In this document: positions 49,701-63,210 of the stretch, in pieces | Layout: each line of letters begins with the position of its first letter | Position numbering within the stretch: position 1 is the first letter of the stretch | Source of the DNA: Azolla caroliniana | Taxonomy: Eukaryota; Plantae; Polypodiophyta | Length of the DNA stretch: 64,000 nt | NCBI GenBank assembly: GCA_043228905.1 | Contig: JBHGNT010000156.1 | Coordinates: forward strand, 1 to 64,000 | Direction: 5' to 3' | Made by a program: the position numbers and the translations under genes | Notes under the pieces: generated by a model | Databases searched by the model: none | Told to the model about the DNA's origin: nothing | What the model saw: the letters and a program-made list of their open reading frames with translations, nothing else

Positions 49701-49999
49701 TAATTTCGTCATGTCTCTCGACCTGAGTTTCAAAATCTTGATTTATTAATTCCATATCATAGCTAGCGTTGTTACCTTCGATTCGCATGTTTGAACACAA
49801 AAATCCGATATCACACGAGCCAGGTATGAACATTTTAATTTACTCAAGGGCTCCTCTCAACTCACTACTCATGTTTGCTAATTTCGTCATGTCTCTCGAC
49901 CTGAGTTTCAAAATCTTGATTTATTAATTCCATATCATAGCTAGCGTTGAACATGTTTGATAGCGCTTCGATTCGCATGTTTGAACACAAAAATCCGAT

Positions 50000-52900
50000 A
50001 TCACACGAGCCAGGTATGAACATTTTAATTTACTCAAGCGCTCCTCTCAACTCACTACTCATATTTGCTAATTTCGTCATGTCTCTTGACCTGAGTTTCA
50101 AAATCTTGATTTTCTAATTCCATATCATAGCTAGCGTTGTTAGCTTCGATTCGCATGTTTGAACACAAAAATCCGATATCACACGAGCCAGGTATGAACA
50201 TTTTAATTTACTCAAGGGCTGCTCTCAACTCACTCCTCATGTTTGCTAATTTCGTCATGTCTCTCGACCTGAGTTTGAAAATCTTGATTTTTGAATTCCA
50301 TATCATAGCTAGGGTTGTTAGCTTTGATTCGCATGTTTGAACACAAAAATCCGATATCACACGAGCCAGGTATGAACATTTTAATTTACTCAAGGGCTGC
50401 TCTCAACTCACTCCTCAAATTTGGTAATTTCATCATGTCTCTCGACCTGAGTTTCAAAATCTTGATTTTTGAATTCCATATCATAGCTAGCGTTGTTAGC
50501 TTCGATTCGCATGTTTGAACACAAAAATTCGATATCACACGAGCCAGGTATGAACATTTTAATTTACTCAAGGGCTCCTCTCAACTCACTACTCATGTTT
50601 GCTAATTTCGTCATGTCTCTCGACCTGAGTTTCAAAATCTTGATTTATTAATTCCATATCATAGCTAGCGTTGGTAGCTTCGATTCGCATGTTTGAACAC
50701 AAAAATCCGATATCACACGAGCCAGGTATGAACATTTTAATTTACTCAAGGGCTCCTCTCAACTCACTACTCATGTTTGCTAATTTCGTCATGTCTCTCG
50801 ACCTGAGTTTCAAAATCTTGATTTTCTAATTCCATATCATAGCTAGCGTTGTTAGCTTCGATTCGCATGTTTGAACACAAAAATCCGATATCACACGAGC
50901 CAGGTATGAACATTTTAATTTACTCAAGCGCTCCTCTCAACTCACTACTCATGTTTGCTAATTTCGTCATGTCTCTCGACCTGATTTTCAAAATCTTGAT
51001 TTTTGAATTCCATATCATAGCTAGCGTTGTTAGCTTCGATTCGCATGTTTGAACACAAAAATCCGATATCACACGAGCCAGGTATGAACATTTTAATTTA
51101 CTCAAGCGCTCCTCTCAACTCACTACTCATATTTGCTAATTTCGTCATGTCTCTCGACCTGAGTTTCAAAATCTTGATTTTCTAATTCCATATCATAGCT
51201 AGCGTTGTTAGCTTCGATTCGCATGTTTGAACACAAAAATCCGATATCACACGAGCCAGGTATGAACATTTTAATTTACTCAAGCGCTCCTCTCAACTCA
51301 CTACTCATGTTTGCTAATTTCGTCATGTCTCTCGACCTGAATTTCAAAATCTTGATTTTTGAATTCCATATCATAGCTAGCGATGGTAGCTTTGATTCGC
51401 ATGTTTGAACACAAAAATCCGATATCACACGAGCCAGGTATGAACATTTTAATTTACTCAAGCGCTCCTCTCAACTCACTCCTCATGTTTGCTAATTTCG
51501 TCATGTCTCTCGACCTGAGTTTGAAAATCTTGATTTTTGAATTCCATATCATAGCTAGGGTTGTTAGCTTTGATTCGCATGTTTGAACACAAAAATCCGA
51601 TATCACACGAGCCAGGTATGAACATTTTAATTTACTCAAGGGCTGCTCTCAACTCACTCCTCAAATTTGGTAATTTCATCATGTCTCTCGACCTGAGTTT
51701 CAAAATCTTGATTTTTGAATTCCATATCATAGCTAGCGTTGTTAGCTTCGATTCGCATGTTTGAACACAAAAATCCGATATCACACGAGCCAGGTATGAA
51801 CATTTTAATTTACTCAAGGGCTCCTCTCAACTCACTACTCATGTTTGCTAATTTCGTCATGTCTCTCGACCTGAGTTTCAAAATCTTGATTTATTAATTC
51901 CATATCATAGCTAGCGTTGGTAGCTTCGATTCGCATGTTTGAACACAAAAATCCGATATCACACGAGCCAGGTATGAACATTTTAATTTACTCAAGGGCT
52001 CCTCTCAACTCACTACTCATGTTTGCTAATTTCGTCATGTCTCTCGACCTGAGTTTCAAAATCTTGATTTTTGAATTCCATATCATAGCTAGCGTTGTTA
52101 GCTTCGATTCGCATGTTTGAACACAAAAATCCGATATCACACGAGCCAGGTATGAACATTTTAATTTACTCAAGCGCTCCTCTCAACTCACTACTCATAT
52201 TTGCTAATTTCGTCATGTCTCTCGACCTGAGTTTCAAAATCTTGATTTTCTAATTCCATATCATAGCTAGCGTTGTTAGCTTCGATTCGCATGTTTGAAC
52301 ACAAAAATCCGATATCACACGAGCCAGGTATGAACATTTTAATTTACTCAAGGGCTGCTCTCAACTCACTACTCATGTTTGCTAATTTCGTCATGTCTCT
52401 CGACCTGAATTTCAAAATCTTGATTTTTGAATTCCATATCATAGCTAGCGTTGGTAGCTTTGATTCGCATGTTTGAACACAAATATCCGATATCACACGA
52501 GCCAGGTATGAACATTTTAATTTACTCAAGCGCTCCTCTCAACTCACTCCTCATGTTTGCTAATTTCGTCATGTCTCTCGACCTGAGTTTCAAAATCTTG
52601 ATTTTTGAATTCCATATCATAGCTAGGGTTGTTAGCTTTGATTCGCATGTTTGAACACAAAAATCCGATATCACACGAGCCAGGTATGAACATTTTAATT
52701 TACTCAAGGGATCCTCTCAACTCACTACTCATGTTTGCTAATTTCGTCATGTCTCTCCACCTGAGTTTCAAAATCTTGATTTTTGAATTCCATATCATAG
52801 CTAGCGTTGTTAGCTTCGATTCGCATGTTTGAACACAAAAATCCGATATCACACGAGCCAGGTATGAACATTTTAATTTACTCAAGGGCTCCTCTCAACT

Positions 52901-55900
52901 CACTACTCATGTTTGCTAATTTCGTCATGTCTCTCCACCTGAGTTTCAAAATCTTGATTTATTAATTCCATATCATAGCTAGCGTTGGTAGCTTCGATTT
53001 GCATGTTTGAACACAAAAATCCGATATCACACGAGCCAGGTATGAACATTTTAATTTACTCAAGGGCTCCTCTCAACTCACTACTCATGTTTGCTAATTT
53101 CGTCATGTCTCTCGACCTGATTTTCAAAATCTTGATTTTTGAATTCCATATCATAGCTAGCGTTGTTAGCTTCGATTCGCATGTTTGAACACAAAAATCC
53201 GATATCACACGAGCCAGGTATGAACATTTTAATTTACTCAAGCGCTCCTCTCAACTCACTACTCATATTTGCTAATTTCGTCATGTCTCTCGACCTGAGT
53301 TTCAAAATCTTGATTTTCTAATTCCATATCATAGCTAGCGTTGTTAGCTTCGATTCGCATGTTTGAACACAAAAATCCGATATCACACGAGCCAGGTATG
53401 AACATTTTAATTTACTCAAGCGCTCCTCTCAACTCACTACTCATGTTTGCTAATTTCGTCATGTCTCTCGACCTGAATTTCAAAATCTTGATTTTTGAAT
53501 TCCATATCATAGCTAGCGTTGGTAGCTTTGATTCGCATGTTTGAACACAAAAATCCGATATCACACGAGCCAGGTATGAACATTTTAATTTACTCAAGCG
53601 CTCCTCTCCACTCACTCCTCATGTTTGCTAATTTCGTCATGTCTCTCGACCTGAGTTTGAAAATCTTGATTTTTGAATTCCATATCATAGCTAGGGTTGT
53701 TAGCTTTGATTCGCATGTTTGAACACAAAAATCCGATATCACACGAGCCAGGTATGAACATTTTAATTTACTCAAGGGCTGCTCTCAACTCACTCCTCAA
53801 ATTTGGTAATTTCATCATGTCTCTCGACCTGAGTTTCAAAATCTTGATTTTTGAATTCCATATCATAGCTAGCGTTGTTAGCTTCGATTCGCATGTTTGA
53901 ACACAAAAATCCGATATCACACGAGCCAGGTATGAACATTTTAATTTACTCAAGGGCTCCTCTCAACTCACTACTCATGTTTGCTAATTTCGTCATGTCT
54001 CTCGACCTGAGTTTGAAAATCTTGATTTATTAATTCCATATCATAGCTAGCGTTGGTAGCTTCGATTCGCATGTTTGAACACAAAAATCCGATATCACAC
54101 GAGCCAGGTATGAACATTTTAATTTACTCAAGGGCTCCTCTCAACTCACTACTCATGTTTGCTAATTTCGTCATGTCTCTCGACCTGAGTTTCAAAATCT
54201 TGATTTTTGAATTCCATATCATAGCTAGCGTTGTTAGCTTCGATTCGCATGTTTGAACACAAAAATCCGATATCACACGAGCCAGGTATGAACATTTTAA
54301 TTTACTCAAGCGCTCCTCTCAACTCACTACTCATATTTGCTAATTTCGTCATGTCTCTCGACCTGAGTTTCAAAATCTTGATTTTCTAATTCCATATCAT
54401 AGCTAGCGTTGTTAGCTTCGATTCGCATGTTTGAACACAAAAATCCGATATCACACGAGCCAGGTATGAACATTTTAATTTACTCAAGGGCTGCTCTCAA
54501 CTCACTACTCATGTTTGCTAATTTCGTCATGTCTCTCGACCTGAATTTCAAAATCTTGATTTTTGAATTCCATATCATAGCTAGCGTTGGTAGCTTTGAT
54601 TCGCATGTTTGAACACAAATATCCGATATCACACGAGCCAGGTATGAACATTTTAATTTACTCAAGCGCTCCTCTCAACTCACTCCTCATGTTTGCTAAT
54701 TTCGTCATGTCTCTCGACCTGAGTTTGAAAATCTTGATTTTTGAATTCCATATCATAGCTAGGGTTGTTAGCTTTGATTCGCATGTTTGAACACAAAAAT
54801 CCGATATCACACGAGCCAGGTATGAACATTTTAATTTACTCAAGGGCTGCTCTCAACTCACTCCTCAAATTTGGTAATTTCATCATGTCTCTCGACCTGA
54901 GTTTCAAAATCTTGATTTATTAATTCCATATCATAGCTACCGTTGTTAGCTTCGATTCGCATGTTTGAACACAAAAATCCGATATCACACGAGCCAGGTA
55001 TGGACATTTTAATTTACTCAAGGGCTCCTCTCAACTCACTACTCATGTTTGCTAATTTCGTCATGTCTCTCGACCTGAGTTTCAAAATCTTGATTTATTA
55101 ATTCCATATCATAGCTAGCGTTGGTAGCTTCGATTCGCATGTTTGAACACAAAAATCCGATATCACACGAGCCAGGTATGAACATTTTAATTTACTCAAG
55201 GGCTCCTCTCAACTCACTACTCATGTTTGCTAATTTCGTCATGTCTCTCGACCTGAGTTTCAAAATCTTGATTTTTGAATTCCATATCATAGCTAGCGTT
55301 GTTAGCTTCGATTCGCATGTTTGAACACAAAAATCCGATATCACACGAGCCAGGTATGAACATTTTAATTTACTCAAGCGCTCCTCTCAACTCACTACTC
55401 ATATTTGCTAATTTCGTCATGTCTCTCGACCTGAGTTTCAAAATCTTGATTTTCTAATTCCATATCATAGCTAGCGTTGTTAGCTTCGATTCGCATGTTT
55501 GAACACAAAAATCCGATATCACACGAGCCAGGTATGAACATTTTAATTTACTCAAGGGCTGCTCTCAACTCACTACTCATGTTTGCTAATTTCGTCATGT
55601 CTCTCGACCTGAATTTCAAAATCTTGATTTTTGAATTCCATATCATAGCTAGCGTTGGTAGCTTTGATTCGCATGTTTGAACACAAATATCCGATATCAC
55701 ACGAGCCAGGTATGAACATTTTAATTTACTCAAGCGCTCCTCTCAACTCACTCCTCATGTTTGCTAATTTCGTCATGTCTCTCGACCTGAGTTTGAAAAT
55801 CTTGATTTTTGAATTCCATATCATAGCTAGGGTTGTTAGCTTTGATTCGCATGTTTGAACACAAAAATCCGATATCACACGAGCCAGGTATGAACATTTT

Positions 55901-56000
55901 AATTTACTCAAGGGTTGCTCTCAACTCACTCCTCAAATTTGGTAATTTCATCATGTCTCTCGACCTGAGTTTCAAAATCTTGATTTATTAATTCCATATC
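50000..56000. repeat. 6-mer HOR (1068 bp) with a 12-mer super-period
   Basis: Equivalent monomers at 51205, 52273, 53341, 54409 and 55477 (step 1068). The agcgct and gggctgc variants alternate, matching best at 2136 bp. Marker monomer ctcatattt...gattttctaat. Boundaries approximate. Confidence 0.85.
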
Positions 56001-58239
56001 ATAGCTACCGTTGTTAGCTTCGATTCGCATGTTTGAACACAAAAATCCGATATCACACGAGCCAGGTATGGACATTTTAATTTACTCAAGGGCTCCTGTC
56101 AACTCACTACTCATGTTTGCTAATTTCGTCATGTCTCTCCACCTGAGTTTCAAAATCTTGATTTTTGAATTCCATATCATAGCTAGCGTTGTTAGCTTCG
56201 ATTCGCATGTTTGAACACAAAAATCGGATATTACACGCGCTAGGTATGAACATTTTAATTTACTCAAGGGCTGCTCTCAACTCACTACTCATGTTTGCTA
56301 ATTTCGTCATGTCTCTCCACCTGAGTTTCAAAATCTTGATTTTTGAATTCCATATCATAGCTAGCGTTGTTAGCTTTGATTCGCATGTTTGAACACAAAA
56401 ATCCGATATCACACGAGCCAGGTATGAACATTTTAATTTACTCAAGGGCTCCTCTCAACTCACTACTCATGTTTGCTAATTTCGTCATGTCTCTCCACCT
56501 GAGTTTCAAAATCTTGATTTTTGAATTCCATATCATAGCTAGCGTTGTTAGCTTCGATTCGCATGTTTGAACACAAAAATCGGATATTACACGCGCTAGG
56601 TATGAACATTTTAATTTACTCAAGGGCTGCTCTCAACTCACTACTCATGTTTGGTAATTTCATCATGTCTCTCGACCTGAGTTTCAAAATCTTGATTTAT
56701 TAATTCCATATCATAGCTAGCGTTGTTACCTTCGATTCGCATGTTTGAACACAAAAATCCGATATCACACGAGCCAGGTATGAACATTTTAATTTACTCA
56801 AGGGCTCCTCTCAACTCACTACTCATGTTTGCTAATTTCGTCATGTCTCTCGACCTGAGTTTCAAAATCTTGATTTTTGAATTCCATATCATAGCTAGCG
56901 TTGTTAGCTTCGATTCGCATGTTTGAACACAAACATCTGATATCACACGAGCCAGGTATGAACATTTACATTTACCCACTAGCTCTTCTCAACTCACTCC
57001 TCAAATTTGGTAATTTCGTCATGTCTCTCGACCTGAGTTTCAAAATCTTGATTTATTAATTCCATATCATAGCTAGCGTTGTTAGCTTCGATTCGCATGT
57101 TTGAACAGAAAAATTCGATATCACACGAGCCAGGTATGAACATTTTAATTTAGTCAAGGGCTCCTCTCAACTCCCTCCTCAAGTTTGCTAATTTCGTCAT
57201 GTCTCTCGACCTGAGTTTCAAAATCTTGATTTTTGAATTCCATATCATAGCTAGCGTTGTTAGCTTCGATTCGCATGTTTGAACACAAAAATCCGATATC
57301 ACACGAGCCAGGTATGAACATTTTAATTTACTCAAGGGTTCCTCTCAACTCACTCCTCAAATTTGGTAATTTCATCATGTCTCTCGACCTGAGTTTCAAA
57401 ATCTTGATTTATTAATTCCATATCATAGCTAGCGTTGTTAGCTTCGATTCGCATGTTTGAACACAAAAATCCGATATCACACGAGCCAGGTATGAACATT
57501 TTAATTTACTCAAGCGCTCCTCTCAACTCACTACTCATGTTTGCTAATTTCGTCATGTCTCCTGACCTGAGTTTCAAAATCTTGATTTTCTAATTCCATA
57601 TCATAGCTACCGTTGTTAGCTTCGATTCGCATGTTTGAACACAAAAATCCGATATCACACGAGCCAGGTATGAACATTTTAATTTACTCAAGGGCTCCTG
57701 TCAACTCACTACTCATGTTTGCTAATTTCGTCATGTCTCTCCACCTGAGTTTCAAAATCTTGATTTTTGAATTCCATATCATAGCTAGCGTTGTTAGCTT
57801 CGATTCGCATGTTTGAACACAAAAATCGGATATTACACGCGCTAGGTATGAACATTTTAATTTACTCAAGGGCTGCTCTCAACTCACTACTCATGTTTGC
57901 TAATTTCGTCATGTCTCTCCACCTGAGTTTCAAAATCTTGATTTTTGAATTCCATATCATAGCTAGCGTTGTTAGCTTTGATTCGCATGTTTGAACACAA
58001 AAATCCGATATCACACGAGCCAGGTATGAACATTTTAATTTACTCAAGGGCTCCTCTCAACTCACTACTCATGTTTGCTAATTTCGTCATGTCTCTCCAC
58101 CTGAGTTTCAAAATCTTGATTTTTGAATTCCATATCATAGCTAGCGTTGTTAGCTTCGATTCGCATGTTTGAACACAAAAATCGGATATTACACGCGCTA
58201 GGTATGAACATTTTAATTTACTCAAGGGCTGCTCTCAAC

Positions 58240-61200
58240 TCACTACTCATGTTTGCTAATTTCGTCATGTCTCTCGACCTGAGTTTCAAAATCTTGATTT
58301 TTGAATTCCATATCATAGCTAGCGTTGGTAGCTTCCATTCGCATGTTTGAACACAAAAATCCGATATCACACGAGCCAGGTATGAACATTTTAATTTACT
58401 CAAGGGGTGCTCACAACTCACTACTCATGTTTGCTAATTTCGTCATGTCTCTCGACCTGAGTTTCAAAATCTTGATTTTTGAATTCCATAACATAGGTAG
58501 CGTTGTTAGCTTCGATTCGCATGTTTGAACACAAAAAGCCGATATCACACGAGCCAGGTATGACCATTTTAATTTACTCAAGGGCTCCTCTTAGCTCACT
58601 CCTCAAATTTGGTAATTTCATCATGTCTCTCGACCTGAGTTTCAAAATCTTGATTTTTGAATTGCATATAATAGCTAGCGTTGTTAGCTTCGATTCGCAT
58701 GTTTGAACACAAAAATCGGATATCACACGAGCCAGGTATGAACATTTTAATTTACTCAAGCGCTCCTCTCAACTCACTACTCATGTTTGCTAATTTCGTC
58801 ATGTCTCTCGACCTGAGTTTCAAAATCTTGATTTTCTAATTCCATATCATAGCTACCGTTGTTTGCTTCGATTCGCATGTTTGAACACAACAATCCGATA
58901 TCACACGAGCCAGGTATGGACATTTTAATTTACTCAAGGGCTCCTGTCAACTCACTACTCATGTTTGCTAATTTCGTCATGTCTCTCCACCTGAGTTTCA
59001 AAATCTTGATTTTTGAATTCCATATCATAGCTAGCGTTGTTAGCTTCGATTCGCATGTTTGAACACAAAAATCGGATATTACACGCGCTAGGTATGAACA
59101 TTTTAATTTACTCAAGGGCTGCTCTCAACTCACTACTCATGTTTGCTAATTTCGTCATGTCTCTCCACCTGAGTTTCAAAATCTTGATTTTTGAATTCCA
59201 TATCATAGCTAGCGTTGTTAGCTTCGATTCGCATGTTTGAACACAAAAATCCGATATCACACGAGCCAGGTATGAACATTTTAATTTACTCAAGCGCTCC
59301 TCTCAACTCACTACTCATATTTGCTAATTTCGTCATGTCTCTCGACCTGAGTTTCAAAATCTTGATTTTCTAATTCCATATCATAGCTAGCGTTGTTAGC
59401 TTCGATTCGCATGTTTGAACACAAAAATCCGATATCACACGAGCCAGGTATGAACATTTTAATTTACTCAAGGGCTGCTCTCAACTCACTACTCATGTTT
59501 GCTAATTTCGTCATGTCTCTCGACCTGAATTTCAAAATCTTGATTTTTGAATTCCATATCATAGCTAGCGTTGGTAGCTTTTATTCGCATGTTTGAACAC
59601 AAATATCCGATATCACACGAGCCAGGTATGAACATTTTAATTTACTCAAGCGCTCCTCTCAACTCACTCCTCATGTTTGCTAATTTCGTCATGTCTCTCG
59701 ACCTGAGTTTGAAAATCTTGATTTTTGAATTCCATATCATAGCTAGGGTTGTTAGCTTTGATTCGCATGTTTGAACACAAAAATCCGATATCACACGAGC
59801 CAGGTATGAACATTTTAATTTACTCAAGGGTTGCTCTCAACTCACTCCTCAAATTTGGTAATTTCATCATGTCTCTCGACCTGAGTTTCAAAATCTTGAT
59901 TTATTAATTCCATATCATAGCTACCGTTGTTAGCTTCGATTCGCATGTTTGAACACAAAAATCCGATATCACACGAGCCAGGTATGGACATTTTAATTTA
60001 CTCAAGGGCTCCTGTCAACTCACTACTCATGTTTGCTAATTTCGTCATGTCTCTCCACCTGAGTTTCAAAATCTTGATTTTTGAATTCCATATCATAGCT
60101 AGCGTTGTTAGCTTCGATTCGCATGTTTGAACACAAAAATCGGATATTACACGCGCTAGGTATGAACATTTTAATTTACTCAAGGGCTGCTCTCAACTCA
60201 CTACTCATGTTTGCTAATTTCGTCATGTCTCTCCACCTGAGTTTCAAAATCTTGATTTTTGAATTCCATATCATAGCTAGCGTTGTTAGCTTTGATTCGC
60301 ATGTTTGAACACAAAAATCCGATATCACACGAGCCAGGTATGAACATTTTAATTTACTCAAGGGCTCCTCTCAACTCACTACTCATGTTTGCTAATTTCG
60401 TCATGTCTCTCCACCTGAGTTTCAAAATCTTGATTTTTGAATTCCATATCATAGCTAGCGTTGTTAGCTTCGATTCGCATGTTTGAACACAAAAATCGGA
60501 TATTACACGCGCTAGGTATGAACATTTTAATTTACTCAAGGGCTGCTCTCAACTCACTACTCATGTTTGGTAATTTCATCATGTCTCTCGACCTGAGTTT
60601 CAAAATCTTGATTTATTAATTCCATATCATAGCTAGCGTTGTTACCTTCGATTCGCATGTTTGAACACAAAAATCCGATATCACACGAGCCAGGTATGAA
60701 CATTTTAATTTACTCAAGGGGTGCTCACAACTCACTACTCATGTTTGCTAATTTCGTCATGTCTCTCGACCTGAGTTTCAAAATCTTGATTTTTGAATTC
60801 CATATCATAGCTAGCGTTGGTAGCTTCCATTCGCATGTTTGAACACAAAAATCCGATATCACACGAGCCAGGTATGAACATTTTAATTTACTCAAGGGGT
60901 GCTCACAACTCACTACTCATGTTTGCTAATTTCGTCATGTCTCTCGACCTGAGTTTCAAAATCTTGATTTTTGAATTCCATAACATAGGTAGCGTTGTTA
61001 GCTTCGATTCGCATGTTTGAACACAAAAAGCCGATATCACACGAGCCAGGTATGACCATTTTAATTTACTCAAGGGCTCCTCTTAGCTCACTCCTCAAAT
61101 TTGGTAATTTCATCATGTCTCTCGACCTGAGTTTCAAAATCTTGATTTTTGAATTGCATATAATAGCTAGCGTTGTTAGCTTCGATTCGCATGTTTGAAC

Positions 61201-63210
61201 ACAAAAATCGGATATCACACGAGCCAGGTATGAACATTTTAATTTACTCAAGCGCTCCTCTCAACTCACTACTCATGTTTGCTAATTTCGTCATGTCTCT
61301 CGACCTGAGTTTCAAAATCTTGATTTTCTAATTCCATATCATAGCTACCGTTGTTTGCTTCGATTCGCATGTTTGAACACAACAATCCGATATCACACGA
61401 GCCAGGTATGGACATTTTAATTTACTCAAGGGCTCCTGTCAACTCACTACTCATGTTTGCTAATTTCGTCATGTCTCTCCACCTGAGTTTCAAAATCTTG
61501 ATTTTTGAATTCCATATCATAGCTAGCGTTGTTAGCTTCGATTCGCATGTTTGAACACAAAAATCGGATATTACACGCGCTAGGTATGAACATTTTAATT
61601 TACTCAAGGGCTGCTCTCAACTCACTACTCATGTTTGCTAATTTCGTCATGTCTCTCCACCTGAGTTTCAAAATCTTGATTTTTGAATTCCATATCATAG
61701 CTAGCGTTGTTAGCTTCGATTCGCATGTTTGAACACAAAAATCCGATATCACACGAGCCAGGTATGAACATTTTAATTTACTCAAGCGCTCCTCTCAACT
61801 CACTACTCATATTTGCTAATTTCGTCATGTCTCTCGACCTGAGTTTCAAAATCTTGATTTTCTAATTCCATATCATAGCTAGCGTTGTTAGCTTCGATTC
61901 GCATGTTTGAACACAAAAATCCGATATCACACGAGCCAGGTATGAACATTTTAATTTACTCAAGGGCTGCTCTCAACTCACTACTCATGTTTGCTAATTT
62001 CGTCATGTCTCTCGACCTGAATTTCAAAATCTTGATTTTTGAATTCCATATCATAGCTAGCGTTGGTAGCTTTGATTCGCATGTTTGAACACAAATATCC
62101 GATATCACACGAGCCAGGTATGAACATTTTAATTTACTCAAGCGCTCCTCTCAACTCACTCCTCATGTTTGCTAATTTCGTCATGTCTCTCGACCTGAGT
62201 TTGAAAATCTTGATTTTTGAATTCCATATCATAGCTAGGGTTGTTAGCTTTGATTCGCATGTTTGAACACAAAAATCCGATATCACACGAGCCAGGTATG
62301 AACATTTTAATTTACTCAAGGGTTGCTCTCAACTCACTCCTCAAATTTGGTAATTTCATCATGTCTCTCGACCTGAGTTTCAAAATCTTGATTTATTAAT
62401 TCCATATCATAGCTACCGTTGTTAGCTTCGATTCGCATGTTTGAACACAAAAATCCGATATCACACGAGCCAGGTATGGACATTTTAATTTACTCAAGGG
62501 CTCCTGTCAACTCACTACTCATGTTTGCTAATTTCGTCATGTCTCTCCACCTGAGTTTCAAAATCTTGATTTTTGAATTCCATATCATAGCTAGCGTTGT
62601 TAGCTTCGATTCGCATGTTTGAACACAAAAATCGGATATTACACGCGCTAGGTATGAACATTTTAATTTACTCAAGGGCTGCTCTCAACTCACTACTCAT
62701 GTTTGCTAATTTCGTCATGTCTCTCCACCTGAGTTTCAAAATCTTGATTTTTGAATTCCATATCATAGCTAGCGTTGTTAGCTTTGATTCGCATGTTTGA
62801 ACACAAAAATCCGATATCACACGAGCCAGGTATGAACATTTTAATTTACTCAAGGGCTCCTCTCAACTCACTACTCATGTTTGCTAATTTCGTCATGTCT
62901 CTCCACCTGAGTTTCAAAATCTTGATTTTTGAATTCCATATCATAGCTAGCGTTGTTAGCTTCGATTCGCATGTTTGAACACAAAAATCGGATATTACAC
63001 GCGCTAGGTATGAACATTTTAATTTACTCAAGGGCTGCTCTCAACTCACTACTCATGTTTGGTAATTTCATCATGTCTCTCGACCTGAGTTTCAAAATCT
63101 TGATTTATTAATTCCATATCATAGCTAGCGTTGTTACCTTCGATTCGCATGTTTGAACACAAAAATCCGATATCACACGAGCCAGGTATGAACATTTTAA
63201 TTTACTCAAG
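58240..63210. repeat. 14-mer tandem duplication (unit 2492 bp)
   Basis: Rare variants recur at +2492: gcttccattc/ggggtgctcaca (58325/60817), gaattgcatata (58503/60995), gtttgcttcg...acaacaatcc (58859/61351). One SNP difference noted at ~59582. Confidence 0.9.
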
